Source: a virus. Taken from it: a DNA stretch of 64,000 nucleotides. Each line of letters starts with the position of its first letter. Position 1 is the stretch's first letter. The stretch is taken from positions 23,060-87,059 of IMG/VR virus record IMGVR_UViG_3300034524_000181. One strand, written 5' to 3'. Of the stretch, positions 30,578 through 40,518 are shown in pieces. Below the pieces are notes generated by a model. That model was not told the DNA's origin, ran no database searches, and saw nothing but the letters and a program-made list of their open reading frames with translations. The translations under genes and the position numbers were made by a program.

Positions 30578-31180
30578 TTACTCTCCAATTCCACTAGAAG
30601 CTGCGAATGTGGGCTCATACACTTCGTTGAACCAGCTATTAATAACCGTTGAAGTTACCCCTTCATCACCCTCGTTAACTTCCGCCTTCCATGGATGCTT
30701 ACCTTGACCATCTAGCTTATTTCTTCGAAGCACTGTTCCTTCGATAGTTGGGGTTGAAAAAGTGATACTATCGCCTTTTGTCGCTAAGTTTGTTGCAGGA
30801 ATTCCAAACTTCACACGATACAGCCAAAAGTATCGGTATTTACCGTTTGCTTTTTGTGCTCTGAAGCCAATCGCAACTGGAGCTCCACCATCCTCACTGG
30901 TTGAGATGAGCACATGATTGTCATCAATGGTAGCTCCTGTTAAATCTCCGGCAGCTGCTACACCTATATCATCAATACCGAGTGTAAGGGTACCGCTTTT
31001 AAATTCTTTTACAATCTCAGCAGCACCATCATCTGCATAAAGAGTTGCCTCAGCAAGCTCAACGGAAAGTTCTGCACTGATTGCTTTTGCCAGAGGTTTC
31101 GGTGTTTCATAGGTTTCATCACCGTTTATGTCTTCAGTGATTTTTGCATAATAAAGCCTATCAAGACCTATCGTAGCCAT
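30578..31180 (-). CDS. Major tail protein (phi13 family)
   Basis: ATIGLD.LYYA, LYADDG, YFWLYRVKF. Confidence 0.9.
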   Translation of the reverse strand: MATIGLDRLYYAKITEDINGDETYETPKPLAKAISAELSVELAEATLYADDGAAEIVKEFKSGTLTLGIDDIGVAAAGDLTGATIDDNHVLISTSEDGGAPVAIGFRAQKANGKYRYFWLYRVKFGIPATNLATKGDSITFSTPTIEGTVLRRNKLDGQGKHPWKAEVNEGDEGVTSTVINSWFNEVYEPTFAASSGIGE

Positions 31181-31183
31181 TTC

Positions 31184-31537
31184 TTATTCCTCCATTTCCA
31201 ATTGAAATTCATATGATTTAGCCACATCTATGGCATAATGGTGATAATCGGTATCATCCTCATGTCCAATGTACCGACGGTCCGTTATAGTAAAATCCGC
31301 ACCCAAAAGAGTGCGGACAATAGTGTTTTTTATAGTTGTATAATTTCCTTTTACAAATAAGGAAAGTCTAGCTTCCTGTACTTCATATCCTGGTGCATTA
31401 TCAGCATGAACTTCGAATAAATCAATAAGTGGTGTAATTACAATATAAATATCAGGAGGAACACCAGAAAACCGTCCTGTCTCTACTGGAATATTGCACA
31501 TATCTGCAATGAATTTGAGTTCATTTAATATACTCAT
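31184..31537 (-). CDS. Putative tail terminator
   Basis: Position; YIGHEDDTDYHHYAID. Confidence 0.7.
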   Translation of the reverse strand: MSILNELKFIADMCNIPVETGRFSGVPPDIYIVITPLIDLFEVHADNAPGYEVQEARLSLFVKGNYTTIKNTIVRTLLGADFTITDRRYIGHEDDTDYHHYAIDVAKSYEFQLEMEE

Positions 31538-31965
31538 AAGTTTTCTACCTCCTGCTCAAACCTTTTCTTCATAGCGTCAATACATGCTTTTCTTGACGCA
31601 CTTCTTGCAGGCTTTAAAAATGGTTTTGGTGGCTGACCTGATTTTCCATATTCAATAATATTGGCTATCTTGGCATTACTTTCGCCATTTCTTCGTGGCT
31701 CCTTGAAACCCACCTTCACGTTAAAATTTCCATTCCTATCTACTTTTGCCGGAGACAGTCCCAGGGAATTGACAAGCTCACCAGTAGACCGACTTTTCTC
31801 TTTTGTTCCACTACCAACTACAGCTTTCAAATTTGACATTACCTTTTCTAAAACAATTTCTCCGCCTGACTCAAGTACTTTTGGAATAATTTCATCCGTC
31901 TTTTCTCCCAGTCTTGATAGTTTTAGAAGGAACTCCTCAGGCATTTTAACTTGTACTTTAGCCAC
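31534..31965 (-). CDS. HK97 gp10 family protein
   Basis: STGEL, IIEYG, PPKPFLKPA. Confidence 0.85.
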   Translation of the reverse strand: MAKVQVKMPEEFLLKLSRLGEKTDEIIPKVLESGGEIVLEKVMSNLKAVVGSGTKEKSRSTGELVNSLGLSPAKVDRNGNFNVKVGFKEPRRNGESNAKIANIIEYGKSGQPPKPFLKPARSASRKACIDAMKKRFEQEVENL

Positions 31966-32293
31966 TTGACCCCACCACCTTTTTTGCCAAAACTTCAATA
32001 TATATGCCTCTGCCTTTTACATCTTCAACATTTGTAATCTCATAACGACCATCACTACACACAATCACCGTATTGGTAGACACCTCAACATCAGGTATCT
32101 TACGAAAGCAAAACAGAGCAGTCGCTTCAGAAAATACTGCTCGATTGGCCCATTTTTTATTACCATGACGTTCTTCTTTATAAGCACGAACAGAAGCAAG
32201 GATGATATCCTTAGATTTACCGAAACCTTCACTGTCTCTCGTTGTTTCAACGGATATGATATCAATAAAGGTGTTCATCTTACCAAAACTCAT
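31958..32293 (-). CDS. Head closure / head-tail adaptor protein
   Basis: Position and MSFGKMN...YEITNVEDVKGR. Confidence 0.8.
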   Translation of the reverse strand: MSFGKMNTFIDIISVETTRDSEGFGKSKDIILASVRAYKEERHGNKKWANRAVFSEATALFCFRKIPDVEVSTNTVIVCSDGRYEITNVEDVKGRGIYIEVLAKKVVGSSG

Positions 32294-32296
32294 ACT

Positions 32297-32617
32297 CTAC
32301 ACCTTCCAATCTCGGTCAAGTCTAAGCAGTAAATTTACAGTGTTCCAAACTTGTTGGCTTGCCTGGACGTTATCAGCAAAAAAGCCGCCAGTACTGCCAT
32401 CTCGACTTTCATAGAAGTGAGATGATAACATGATGACGGCTTGCTCTGTAGTTGGTGGCATTTCATTTTCAGAATAATGTCCTTCTGGTAGGTGCTGATA
32501 ACTCTCGGCATAAGCGATAGCGGTGTTGATATACATTTGAAGAAGCTCATCATCGCGTTCATGCTCGAGAATTAAGTTAGCTTTTACTTTTTCAAATAGA
32601 GTCATAACCGTCACCAT
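32297..32617 (-). CDS. Head-tail connector (gp6-like)
   Basis: VKANLIL...DDELL...QAVIMLSSHFYESR. Confidence 0.85.
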   Translation of the reverse strand: MVTVMTLFEKVKANLILEHERDDELLQMYINTAIAYAESYQHLPEGHYSENEMPPTTEQAVIMLSSHFYESRDGSTGGFFADNVQASQQVWNTVNLLLRLDRDWKV

Positions 32618-32624
32618 CCTTTTT

Positions 32625-32846
32625 TTAAGGCGTATCCGCAGTCATGATTCCTGCGGCTTTAAGCTTACTTAGTAAGGCATTAAAGTCTGTCACCAAAGCT
32701 TCTACAGTTTCCGCAGTACTTGCTGGTTGATTATCAAGAACAGGGAGCCCAGTTACTTTGGCTCCCTCTTCAATTACAAGCTCTCCACCTATAACTGTCT
32801 TTTCCCCGCCTTGTTCGGTGTAGTTCTTTGCGTTATAGCTCATCAT
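32625..32846 (-). CDS. Head fiber/decoration protein
   Basis: DFNALLSKLKAAG motif, directly downstream of the capsid gene. Confidence 0.7.
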   Translation of the reverse strand: MMSYNAKNYTEQGGEKTVIGGELVIEEGAKVTGLPVLDNQPASTAETVEALVTDFNALLSKLKAAGIMTADTP

Positions 32847-32858
32847 TTACACCTCCCA

Positions 32859-34058
32859 TTAAGCCTTCTGCTGAAGAACTTTGATGGCTTCAGGTAAGAT
32901 AAGCTTTCCATCTACACGCTGGCTCGCAAGGAAACCAACCTGCCCTGTGGTTGCAAAAAGCTCGTTTAAACGTTTGAAAGAACGTCCCTGTCTATCGGCA
33001 ATCCAATAATATCCGAAATCACCGAAGGCAATAGTTTTAGCTCCAGCTTCAATAGTAGGAGCATAAGCTGAAGTATAAACCGGACGATTTAATAAAGTAT
33101 CTGGAGTACCTGCTGTTAAAGAAGGCTGCCACAGATATTGACCTTGACCGTCTTTCAGCTTACGGATTGCCTTTACTGTTGCATCATTCATCAGGAATAC
33201 CGCGTTCTTTCTATATGGCGCTTTTAATGAGTAAACAAGATCGATAATCTCATCTGCAGTAATAGCAGTTGCAGACCCTGCTGTCACTCCAAGCTGTGCT
33301 CCGCCTGTTGCGTTGAAAATACCAGTAGGTTTTCCATCTCCATCTCCAACTAAAAAAGCTTCTTCTTCCTTAGCACCGATTCTACGGGCAAATTCAGTGG
33401 AGATATAATTCTCCAGATCAAATACACTGTCATTGAGAAGTTCATCAGAAACTTTAATCATTGTACCCAGCTTGTAAGCACCAATAGATGTCTGACCGAA
33501 TACAGAATCACTCTCATCAAACTCCTCACCTTCGTCAAGCTAAGCAGCTGTGCCTTTGGTCACCACAACCGGGATTTTACGATCACCACTTGAAGTTTGA
33601 ATAATCTTTGCAAGTTTACGGAATACATTCTCTTCCTCAAGAGTTTGAACCAAGGTGCTCTCAAATTCATCAGGAACAAGGTATCCTCCCTCAGAATCAG
33701 TGCCTACAGATAAGGCGTTTAACACATCATGACGAGGGTTTTTGCTACGCATTACGTTCCAGAATGCTTTCCTATATTCATCACTGGCTCTTCCGGTCTT
33801 TGTATCCATCCCTGGAACAGCTGGCTTTCCAGTAAGAGGCATATTTACTGGCTTATTAAGCTCTGCTTCAAGAGCCTCTTGACGTTCCAATCTTGCTATT
33901 TCCTTACCGAGATTAATAATGTCTTCTTCCATTTTGTCATAGGTTGCTGCATCTTCTGCGGATACAAGCCCATCACTACCACGCTTTGAATCAAGAAATG
34001 CCTTTGCTGCTTCCCATGCTTTTGCGCGTTTTTCACGCAGTTCAAGAATTTTACTCAT
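32859..34058 (-). pseudogene. HK97-type major capsid protein with in-frame TAG at 33540-33542
   Basis: GGYLVP...KGTAA*LDEGEEF...; two ORFs in the same frame; stop falls where a Trp is expected. Confidence 0.88.
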
Positions 34059-34069
34059 TTTTATTCCTC

Positions 34070-34750
34070 CTAATATTTCAATAAATTAAGCCGCTCATAA
34101 AGCGGCTCTACTGACTGTTTTACAACTGGTTTTTGAAGTTTATTCATTAGTGAATTGGTCACTGCTCTTCTGCTGAATACAAAGCTGTCTTGTAGTGAAC
34201 TCTCTCCTGGTTTGAACATAATGTCATCTGCAAAACCAAGCTCAACTGCCTTATTGGCGTTTAGCCAAGTTTCAGCATCCATCAGGTGCGACAACCTTGT
34301 TCTAGATAAGCCGGTTTTAAGCTCATATGCATTGATGATGCTCTCTTTCACTTCATCAAGCATTTGGATTGCTTTTTGCATCTCCTCACTATCGCCAATA
34401 GCTATGGTAAAGGGATTATGGATCATCATCAGTGAGGTAGGAGACATTAAGACTTCCGTCCCTGCCATAGCGATGACAGAAGCAGCTGATGCAGCAATAC
34501 CGTCAATCTTTACAGTGACGTTTCCTTTATAATCCATTAGCATGTTGTATATCTGAGATGCTGCAATACAATCACCACCAGGAGAGTTAATCCAAACTAC
34601 TATGTCTCCTTCACCACTCATTAGCTCTTCTCTAAAAGCAGCTGGGGTAACATCATCCTCAAACCAACTCTCCTCGGCAATTGCACCGTTTAGATAGAGG
34701 GTTCGTGTCTGTGTATCTGTGTCGCGAACCCAATTCCAAAATTTCTTCAT
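34070..34750 (-). CDS. ClpP-type head maturation protease
   Basis: INSPGG, AASAASVI, MIHNP, ETWL. Confidence 0.92.
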   Translation of the reverse strand: MKKFWNWVRDTDTQTRTLYLNGAIAEESWFEDDVTPAAFREELMSGEGDIVVWINSPGGDCIAASQIYNMLMDYKGNVTVKIDGIAASAASVIAMAGTEVLMSPTSLMMIHNPFTIAIGDSEEMQKAIQMLDEVKESIINAYELKTGLSRTRLSHLMDAETWLNANKAVELGFADDIMFKPGESSLQDSFVFSRRAVTNSLMNKLQKPVVKQSVEPLYERLNLLKY

Positions 34751-36012
34751 TCAGGTTTTCCCTCCAATCCTTCTTTATTTGCGAAAATACCCGCATCTTC
34801 AAGTTTGGTCATATTGCCATTGATTAGATATAAATCTCCTCCAAGCTCTGGTGGGATTCGATCAAGGTTCTCAAGCTCCCTAATATCATTGGCACTCATC
34901 CAGCCGTTCTGTCTCGCGGTTGCATACCCATTCATTCGAGAAACATAATCACCTCGAAGCAGTCCATCTACATTGAACTTGGCAAAATAAAGTTTCTTTT
35001 CATCTGGCCTTAAAAGTGCTCGGCTGATGGTCTGCTCCCAACGAATCACCCAAGGATCTAATGTGTATTTCACAAACTCCAGTGACTGTTGCTCAATATT
35101 AGAAAAGCTCGATTTTTCCAAGTCTCCTACCATATGTGGAGGTACGCGGAAAATTCGAGCGATTTCATTAATCTGAAATTTTCTTGTTTCTAAGAACTGA
35201 GCTTGTTCTGGTGAGATACCAATAGGCTGATACTTCATTCCTTCTTCAAGCACCGCTACACGATGAGAGTTACTGCTTCCCTGATAGGCTGCATTCCAAC
35301 TATCCCGTACTTTTTGAGGGTCTTTAATGGTACCTGGATGCTCAAGTACCCCTCCTGGAGCAGCTCCGTTAGCAAAGAATTTAGCTCCATATTCCTCACA
35401 AGCAATTGCCATACCTATAGCATTCTTAGCCATTGCAATCGGCGAATAGCCCACTAGTCCATCAAAGCCTAAGCCAGGTATATGAAATACATCACTTGGT
35501 CTAAGTGTGACTGTCATACCTTTCATCGTAGGTGCTTCATCAGAATACTTAGTATAAGTATAATAAAGAGCGCCACTGGAATCCCGATCCACCGACATTC
35601 GATTAGGCATTAACGGATATAGTGCTATGACTTCGCCTTTGCCATTTCGAATAATTTGTGCATAGGCATTACCCCATAATAAAAGATGAGTCATTAACGT
35701 TTCTCGGAAAACGAAAGAACTCATCTCTGGATTTGGCTCATCATGTAATAAAAAATACAGTGGATGAGAAAGTGCTTTCTCCTTACCACCGCTATCAGTG
35801 TGTTTATATAAGTGAAGGGGAAGTCCTGCCACAGCTTCTGCTAGTATTCTTACGCAAGAATAGACCGCAGTCATTTGCATTGCTGTATGCTCGTTTACTG
35901 GTTTACCGCTTGTTGTACCACCAAAAAAGAAGCTGTAATTGCTCCCTATGGTTCGGTTCTGAGGTTTATCACGTGCTTTGAAAATATTCGAAAACAATCC
36001 CATCTGCATCAC
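34747..36012 (-). CDS. HK97 family portal protein
   Basis: VYSCVRILAE, LLWGNAY, GLVGYSPI, IARIFRVPP. Confidence 0.95.
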   Translation of the reverse strand: MMQMGLFSNIFKARDKPQNRTIGSNYSFFFGGTTSGKPVNEHTAMQMTAVYSCVRILAEAVAGLPLHLYKHTDSGGKEKALSHPLYFLLHDEPNPEMSSFVFRETLMTHLLLWGNAYAQIIRNGKGEVIALYPLMPNRMSVDRDSSGALYYTYTKYSDEAPTMKGMTVTLRPSDVFHIPGLGFDGLVGYSPIAMAKNAIGMAIACEEYGAKFFANGAAPGGVLEHPGTIKDPQKVRDSWNAAYQGSSNSHRVAVLEEGMKYQPIGISPEQAQFLETRKFQINEIARIFRVPPHMVGDLEKSSFSNIEQQSLEFVKYTLDPWVIRWEQTISRALLRPDEKKLYFAKFNVDGLLRGDYVSRMNGYATARQNGWMSANDIRELENLDRIPPELGGDLYLINGNMTKLEDAGIFANKEGLEGKPE

Positions 36013-36021
36013 TCTCCTTTG

Positions 36022-37629
36022 CTACAAAATAAGAAGCCCTCGACCGTCATAAACAGAATTTCCTGATCCACCTTTGCGGATTGCTCGGTCAAGAGCCATA
36101 ATGGTAGCGACAGCTCCATCGATTCTTTCAGTTGATTTTTCTTTATCAGGCTTGATATTCCCAGCAGGATCAGTACGTATAAAGATATTATCCATCATCC
36201 ATCGCAAAACCGGATGTCCACCATGGGCCAGTTTCTCCTCTAAGGTAAGCTTCATTAATTCCTTTGTAGGTGGACTCATATCTTTAAATCCCTGACCAAA
36301 AGGAACTACCGTAAATCCTAGGTTTTCTAGGTTCTGAGTCATTTGCACAGCTCCCCAACGGTCAAAGGCTATTTCTCGGATGTTATATTTCATACCAAGT
36401 TCTTCAATAAAACTTTCAATGTAACCATAATGCACCACATTTCCTTCAGTGGTGTGTAAAAACCCCTGTTTCTCCCATACGTCATAAGGTACATGATCAC
36501 GCTTTACCCTTTGATCCAGATTATCTTCCGGAATCCAGAAATAGGGAAGGATGATATATTTATCTCCCTCATACTCAGGCGGGAAGATAAGAACAAATGC
36601 TGTAATGTCAGTGGTAGAAGATAAGTCCAAACCACCATAGCATGCACGCCCTACAAGGCTTTCTGGGTTTATAGTAAATGCACATTTATCCCACTTTTCC
36701 ATAGGCATCCAGCGTACCGACTGTTTAACCCATTGATTTAAACGGAGTTGTCTAAACAGGTTCTCTTCTGCTGGATTTTGCTTTGCACTTTCACAAGCAA
36801 TATGAATCTTTTCTATGTCAACGGTAATGCCCATTGAGGGGTTGGCTTTCGCCCACACCTTTGGATCGGTCCAGTCATCATTCTCATCAGCACCATAAAT
36901 AACTGGATAAAATGTAGGGTCAACCTTTCGCCCTTCAAGGATGTCTTTAGCCTTTTGATGCACCTCGTAACAAATGGAGTGTGTATCATTTCCGGCAGTC
37001 GTAATTAAGAAATACAGTGGCTGCTTTCTTGCATCACCAGAGCCATGAGTCATGACATCGTAAAGCTGTCTATTTGGCTGAGCATGAAGTTCGTCAAATA
37101 CCACACCATGCACATTTAGTCCATGCTTGGTATATGCCTCTGCAGATAAAACTTGATAGAAACTACCTAGAGGTTTATAAACAAGTCGTTTTTGCGATAG
37201 TACCGGTTTAATTCTTGCTTTCAGAGCTGGACATTGTTCTACCATATCCACTGCTACATCAAAAACAATGGAAGCTTGCTGTCTGTCAGATGCACATCCA
37301 TATACTTCACCACCATGCTCAAAATCGCCACAAGTAAGCAGTAAGGCAACCGCTGCTGCAAGTTCAGATTTTCCTTGCTTTTTAGCGATTTCGATATATG
37401 CAGTATTAAATTGACGGTAGCCATTGGGCTTTAAAATTCCAAAAACATCGCGGATAATCTGTTCCTGCCAGTCTATCAATTCAAATGGCTGCCCATACCA
37501 TTCTCCCTTGGTATGCTTTAAGCAATTAATAAAAGACACCGCATTATCTGCAGCGTCCTTATCATATACCGAACCATCCGCCTTAAAGATGGTCGGCTTA
37601 TATTTTTTTAGTTTACGTATAGCCGCCAC
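36022..37629 (-). CDS. Terminase large subunit
   Basis: AKKQGKSE, VFDELH, GLDLS, IDGAVA. Confidence 0.95.
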   Translation of the reverse strand: MAAIRKLKKYKPTIFKADGSVYDKDAADNAVSFINCLKHTKGEWYGQPFELIDWQEQIIRDVFGILKPNGYRQFNTAYIEIAKKQGKSELAAAVALLLTCGDFEHGGEVYGCASDRQQASIVFDVAVDMVEQCPALKARIKPVLSQKRLVYKPLGSFYQVLSAEAYTKHGLNVHGVVFDELHAQPNRQLYDVMTHGSGDARKQPLYFLITTAGNDTHSICYEVHQKAKDILEGRKVDPTFYPVIYGADENDDWTDPKVWAKANPSMGITVDIEKIHIACESAKQNPAEENLFRQLRLNQWVKQSVRWMPMEKWDKCAFTINPESLVGRACYGGLDLSSTTDITAFVLIFPPEYEGDKYIILPYFWIPEDNLDQRVKRDHVPYDVWEKQGFLHTTEGNVVHYGYIESFIEELGMKYNIREIAFDRWGAVQMTQNLENLGFTVVPFGQGFKDMSPPTKELMKLTLEEKLAHGGHPVLRWMMDNIFIRTDPAGNIKPDKEKSTERIDGAVATIMALDRAIRKGGSGNSVYDGRGLLIL

Positions 37630-37699
37630 CTCCTTATGGATACGAAAAAAGGAACCCCCTAAGAGTTCCTTAATATTTTATATAGTTGATTAGGCTATT

Positions 37700-37885
37700 T
37701 TATTTTGTTTTGTCTTCCCCTGTCAGAATAAAATGGACATATGCTTCTTTATCCTTTTCAAGGTAATCTACTAGCTTACTATAGCCTTCTCTTAAAGCAA
37801 TGCTAGTCACAATCGGGATATCAAACATATTTGTTTCACCTGAATCTCGAATGGCAAGTATTTGTTTTTTTATGGTTTGGTACAT
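37700..37885 (-). CDS. DUF5049-like protein
   Basis: QILAIRDSGETNMFD...YVHFILTG. Confidence 0.75.
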   Translation of the reverse strand: MYQTIKKQILAIRDSGETNMFDIPIVTSIALREGYSKLVDYLEKDKEAYVHFILTGEDKTK

Positions 37886-38331
37886 TCATTATCCTCCTCA
37901 AAAGAATCCGCTACCGCTTTACGCAGAATCTCCACATCAAAACCTGCACTTTTATAGCCGTCTAGAATGGTGCTGTAATAATAACAGCTTGGCTGGCCTA
38001 ATGGCCTTCCTTCATTCATGATGTAGACCATAGCCTGAACAGTTTTACCATTCAATCTCACTTTAATGGTTTCTTTACGATATAAAAATGGCCATCCTTC
38101 ATAGCGGTCAAGAGCCGCTTCATCTGCCGGTGTGATATCCCAGACTAACACTGGAACACTTTCGCCTTTGAAAGGCTCTATGGTTGCCACTGCTCCCGCG
38201 TGTGATCCTCTAAAAAGCAGCCGATAACCTTTTATTATACTTGCCCCAACTACCTTGGCTGTGGGGCATCTGTTTGCCATTTGCTCCAGATTAAGATTAG
38301 AACCATAGGCAAGATATAGTTTGTTACTCAT
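37870..38331 (-). CDS. Gamma-glutamylcyclotransferase family protein
   Basis: YLAYGSNL, LDRYEG. Confidence 0.9.
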   Translation of the reverse strand: MSNKLYLAYGSNLNLEQMANRCPTAKVVGASIIKGYRLLFRGSHAGAVATIEPFKGESVPVLVWDITPADEAALDRYEGWPFLYRKETIKVRLNGKTVQAMVYIMNEGRPLGQPSCYYYSTILDGYKSAGFDVEILRKAVADSFEEDNECTKP

Positions 38332-38368
38332 TGCTTTCCTCCTTCCTAGTTTAGGGCCTTAGGGCAGC

Positions 38369-39268
38369 TCAAGCCGCCCGAAACCGCCAAGCTGCATAAC
38401 CTGAAAGCGCTGCTGTTAAATGCTCTCTGCAGTTTTTGAACTCTTCTCCTATAAAACCAATACGGTTTAGGTAGGTTCTCATGGCAAACTTTTCATTTTC
38501 TACTTGAGGCTTCTTCGCAGAGGCAAATTTTTGTGTTAAAGCTTGGTTGTTTAAAGCTAAGGCAAGAACAATATAGCTTCTTACCTTGCCTGCGTGCAGC
38601 TCGCTGTTAAAGCCTCTTAGCTCAACCGTATGATTCCCAGTAAAAAAGCTATGTAGATTAAGGAAATGGTATCTACTATTGTGATAATGTGTACCCCTGC
38701 TTTCGCTGTAGCCTTCATACCAAATGTCCTCAATCTGTCTCATGGTTGTTGGCTTTTTGTGGTTCATCTTCTCAACTAAAATGCTATCCATCTTCTTGCA
38801 GTAGCGCATTCGCTCTGGCGCAATCTGTAGTGCTTTATAAAAAAGATCGTTTTTACTTGCAATAATATTTACAAAGTTTCGGATGCTTCTTGGTGTATGA
38901 TTGGAGCCATCTAAATGAATGTGAATTCCACAAGAAGTGTTTGTAAAGGCTCCAGCCTTTCGAAGCTTTCTTACTAGCTCCTGCAAAGTTTCAATGTCCT
39001 CCCGGTAGGTTAGGATTGGGCTAACCAGCTCAACGCTATAATCTCTACCTGCAGCTACTTTTCTTCTACCTTCTTTTCTTTGGCAGTTGATGCTCCCATC
39101 GTACATAAACTTCCACACGCGCCCATCTGGAGCTTTTACCTTCTTGGTGTCGTAGTAAGTCCCGCCTTCACTGTAATTGCCTTGCAAAAATTCTGCAGCG
39201 ACCCTGGCTGCTTTTTCTCTTGTAATTCCTGTAAATTCAATTTTGATTCCGAATTTTGCGCTTAACAT
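38369..39268 (-). CDS. Amidoligase family protein (COOH-NH2 ligase type 2)
   Basis: FGI(K)IEF, DGSI, ELVSPIL, SCGIHIH, TVELR. Confidence 0.88.
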   Translation of the reverse strand: MLSAKFGIKIEFTGITREKAARVAAEFLQGNYSEGGTYYDTKKVKAPDGRVWKFMYDGSINCQRKEGRRKVAAGRDYSVELVSPILTYREDIETLQELVRKLRKAGAFTNTSCGIHIHLDGSNHTPRSIRNFVNIIASKNDLFYKALQIAPERMRYCKKMDSILVEKMNHKKPTTMRQIEDIWYEGYSESRGTHYHNSRYHFLNLHSFFTGNHTVELRGFNSELHAGKVRSYIVLALALNNQALTQKFASAKKPQVENEKFAMRTYLNRIGFIGEEFKNCREHLTAALSGYAAWRFRAA

Positions 39269-39402
39269 CGTACCTCACTCCTTTTAAAGTGTGTTTATCC
39301 TTTCGGCATGTACATATATCACTCTAAAAGGCTTAAATAGCAAGACAATTCTTCAATATAAATCTACATATTTACTGCCATATTGGGCTTAAAAGTGTAT
39401 GT

Positions 39403-39630
39403 TTACTCTTCGATTTTCTTGTATAAATCCTCTCCAAATACCACTCCTAGGGAACTGCCTGAATCCCAACTGACGTGGATGGTACCCATGTCATCAACAC
39501 TAGTAACCGTACCTTTAGCCCCAGGCTGAAGCTTGGTATAAGGGTCATTCATTTTAAGTAGCATGACACGAGTTCCTGGAGTGTAATAACTTCTAAGTTG
39601 CTTTAGCATTTCTGGGTGAATGATATTCAT
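39403..39630 (-). CDS. DUF4314 protein
   Basis: PGTRV.L..MNDP...GTV..VDD.GTIHVSWD.GSSL. Confidence 0.85.
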   Translation of the reverse strand: MNIIHPEMLKQLRSYYTPGTRVMLLKMNDPYTKLQPGAKGTVTSVDDMGTIHVSWDSGSSLGVVFGEDLYKKIEE

Positions 39631-40418
39631 TATTCACTCACCTCCTCATGCTTAGCAGTTCCGCTTTTGAAAGCAGAGCTACCCAACAGTTTGGAGAGAA
39701 GAATCTTTCGTTCTGTTTTGTATTCTGGCCCGATAAAGCCAAGTCTTAGAAGGAAACAACGGAAAGCGTACTTTTCATTCTCCACTGATTTCTCGGTCGA
39801 GTTGACGCGGGTCTGCTTCTTTGCCATTTCACAAAGTGCTGTTACAAAGTGGGTATAAGCCTTAACCTCCTCTGCGGAGCACTCACTCTGGAACCAAGGG
39901 AAGGTTATAAATTCCTCATTTATGATAATGGGAATAGAATCAGTATCAAGTGCTTTCTTTATAAGGGTTTCTTTGCTTTCTACCAATCCTTTTAGGTTAC
40001 CAAGTGCAGTTTCGCTAAAACCCTCCCTCGGCATTTGAATAATCAAACTAATAGCTTCTTCGGTTTCATTTGATTCGCTGTATACGGGAGATTCTTCGTA
40101 ATCATTATATGGGCTTACCCTTCCACCAAGAGCCGCTTCATAGGGAATTTGAATATTTTCAGGAACAAGCTCTGCTTTTGGAAGTGGTGTGTCATATTCT
40201 TCCGTAGCTGCCTTGAAGTCATGAAAGCTTAATAGAGCATCAACCAGTTCAGAATTATCTGGTCCTCTGACTACTCCATTTTTGTCAATATTGTAGTCTG
40301 CCACCTCATATGCAAATGTAGGTGCTCCAAGATATCTTACAGGAGCATTCAGTTTTTGGCTGATTGCGTTGACTAACTCTTTTCTTTTTGCTCCTGTGAC
40401 ATTATAGTTTATCTGCAT
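39630..40418 (-). CDS. Conserved prophage 'virulence-related' hypothetical protein
   Basis: YLGAPTFAYE; C-terminal ENEKYAFRCFLLRLGFIG domain shared with the amidoligase C-terminus. Confidence 0.7.
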   Translation of the reverse strand: MQINYNVTGAKRKELVNAISQKLNAPVRYLGAPTFAYEVADYNIDKNGVVRGPDNSELVDALLSFHDFKAATEEYDTPLPKAELVPENIQIPYEAALGGRVSPYNDYEESPVYSESNETEEAISLIIQMPREGFSETALGNLKGLVESKETLIKKALDTDSIPIIINEEFITFPWFQSECSAEEVKAYTHFVTALCEMAKKQTRVNSTEKSVENEKYAFRCFLLRLGFIGPEYKTERKILLSKLLGSSAFKSGTAKHEEVSE

Positions 40419-40518
40419 TTTTATACCGCCTTTCTATTTTCGGTACATACATATATCACTCTAAAGGCTGTTAATATCAAGTCATTTAGGGCATCTTTCT
40501 GTAGAAAATACTGTTCCA

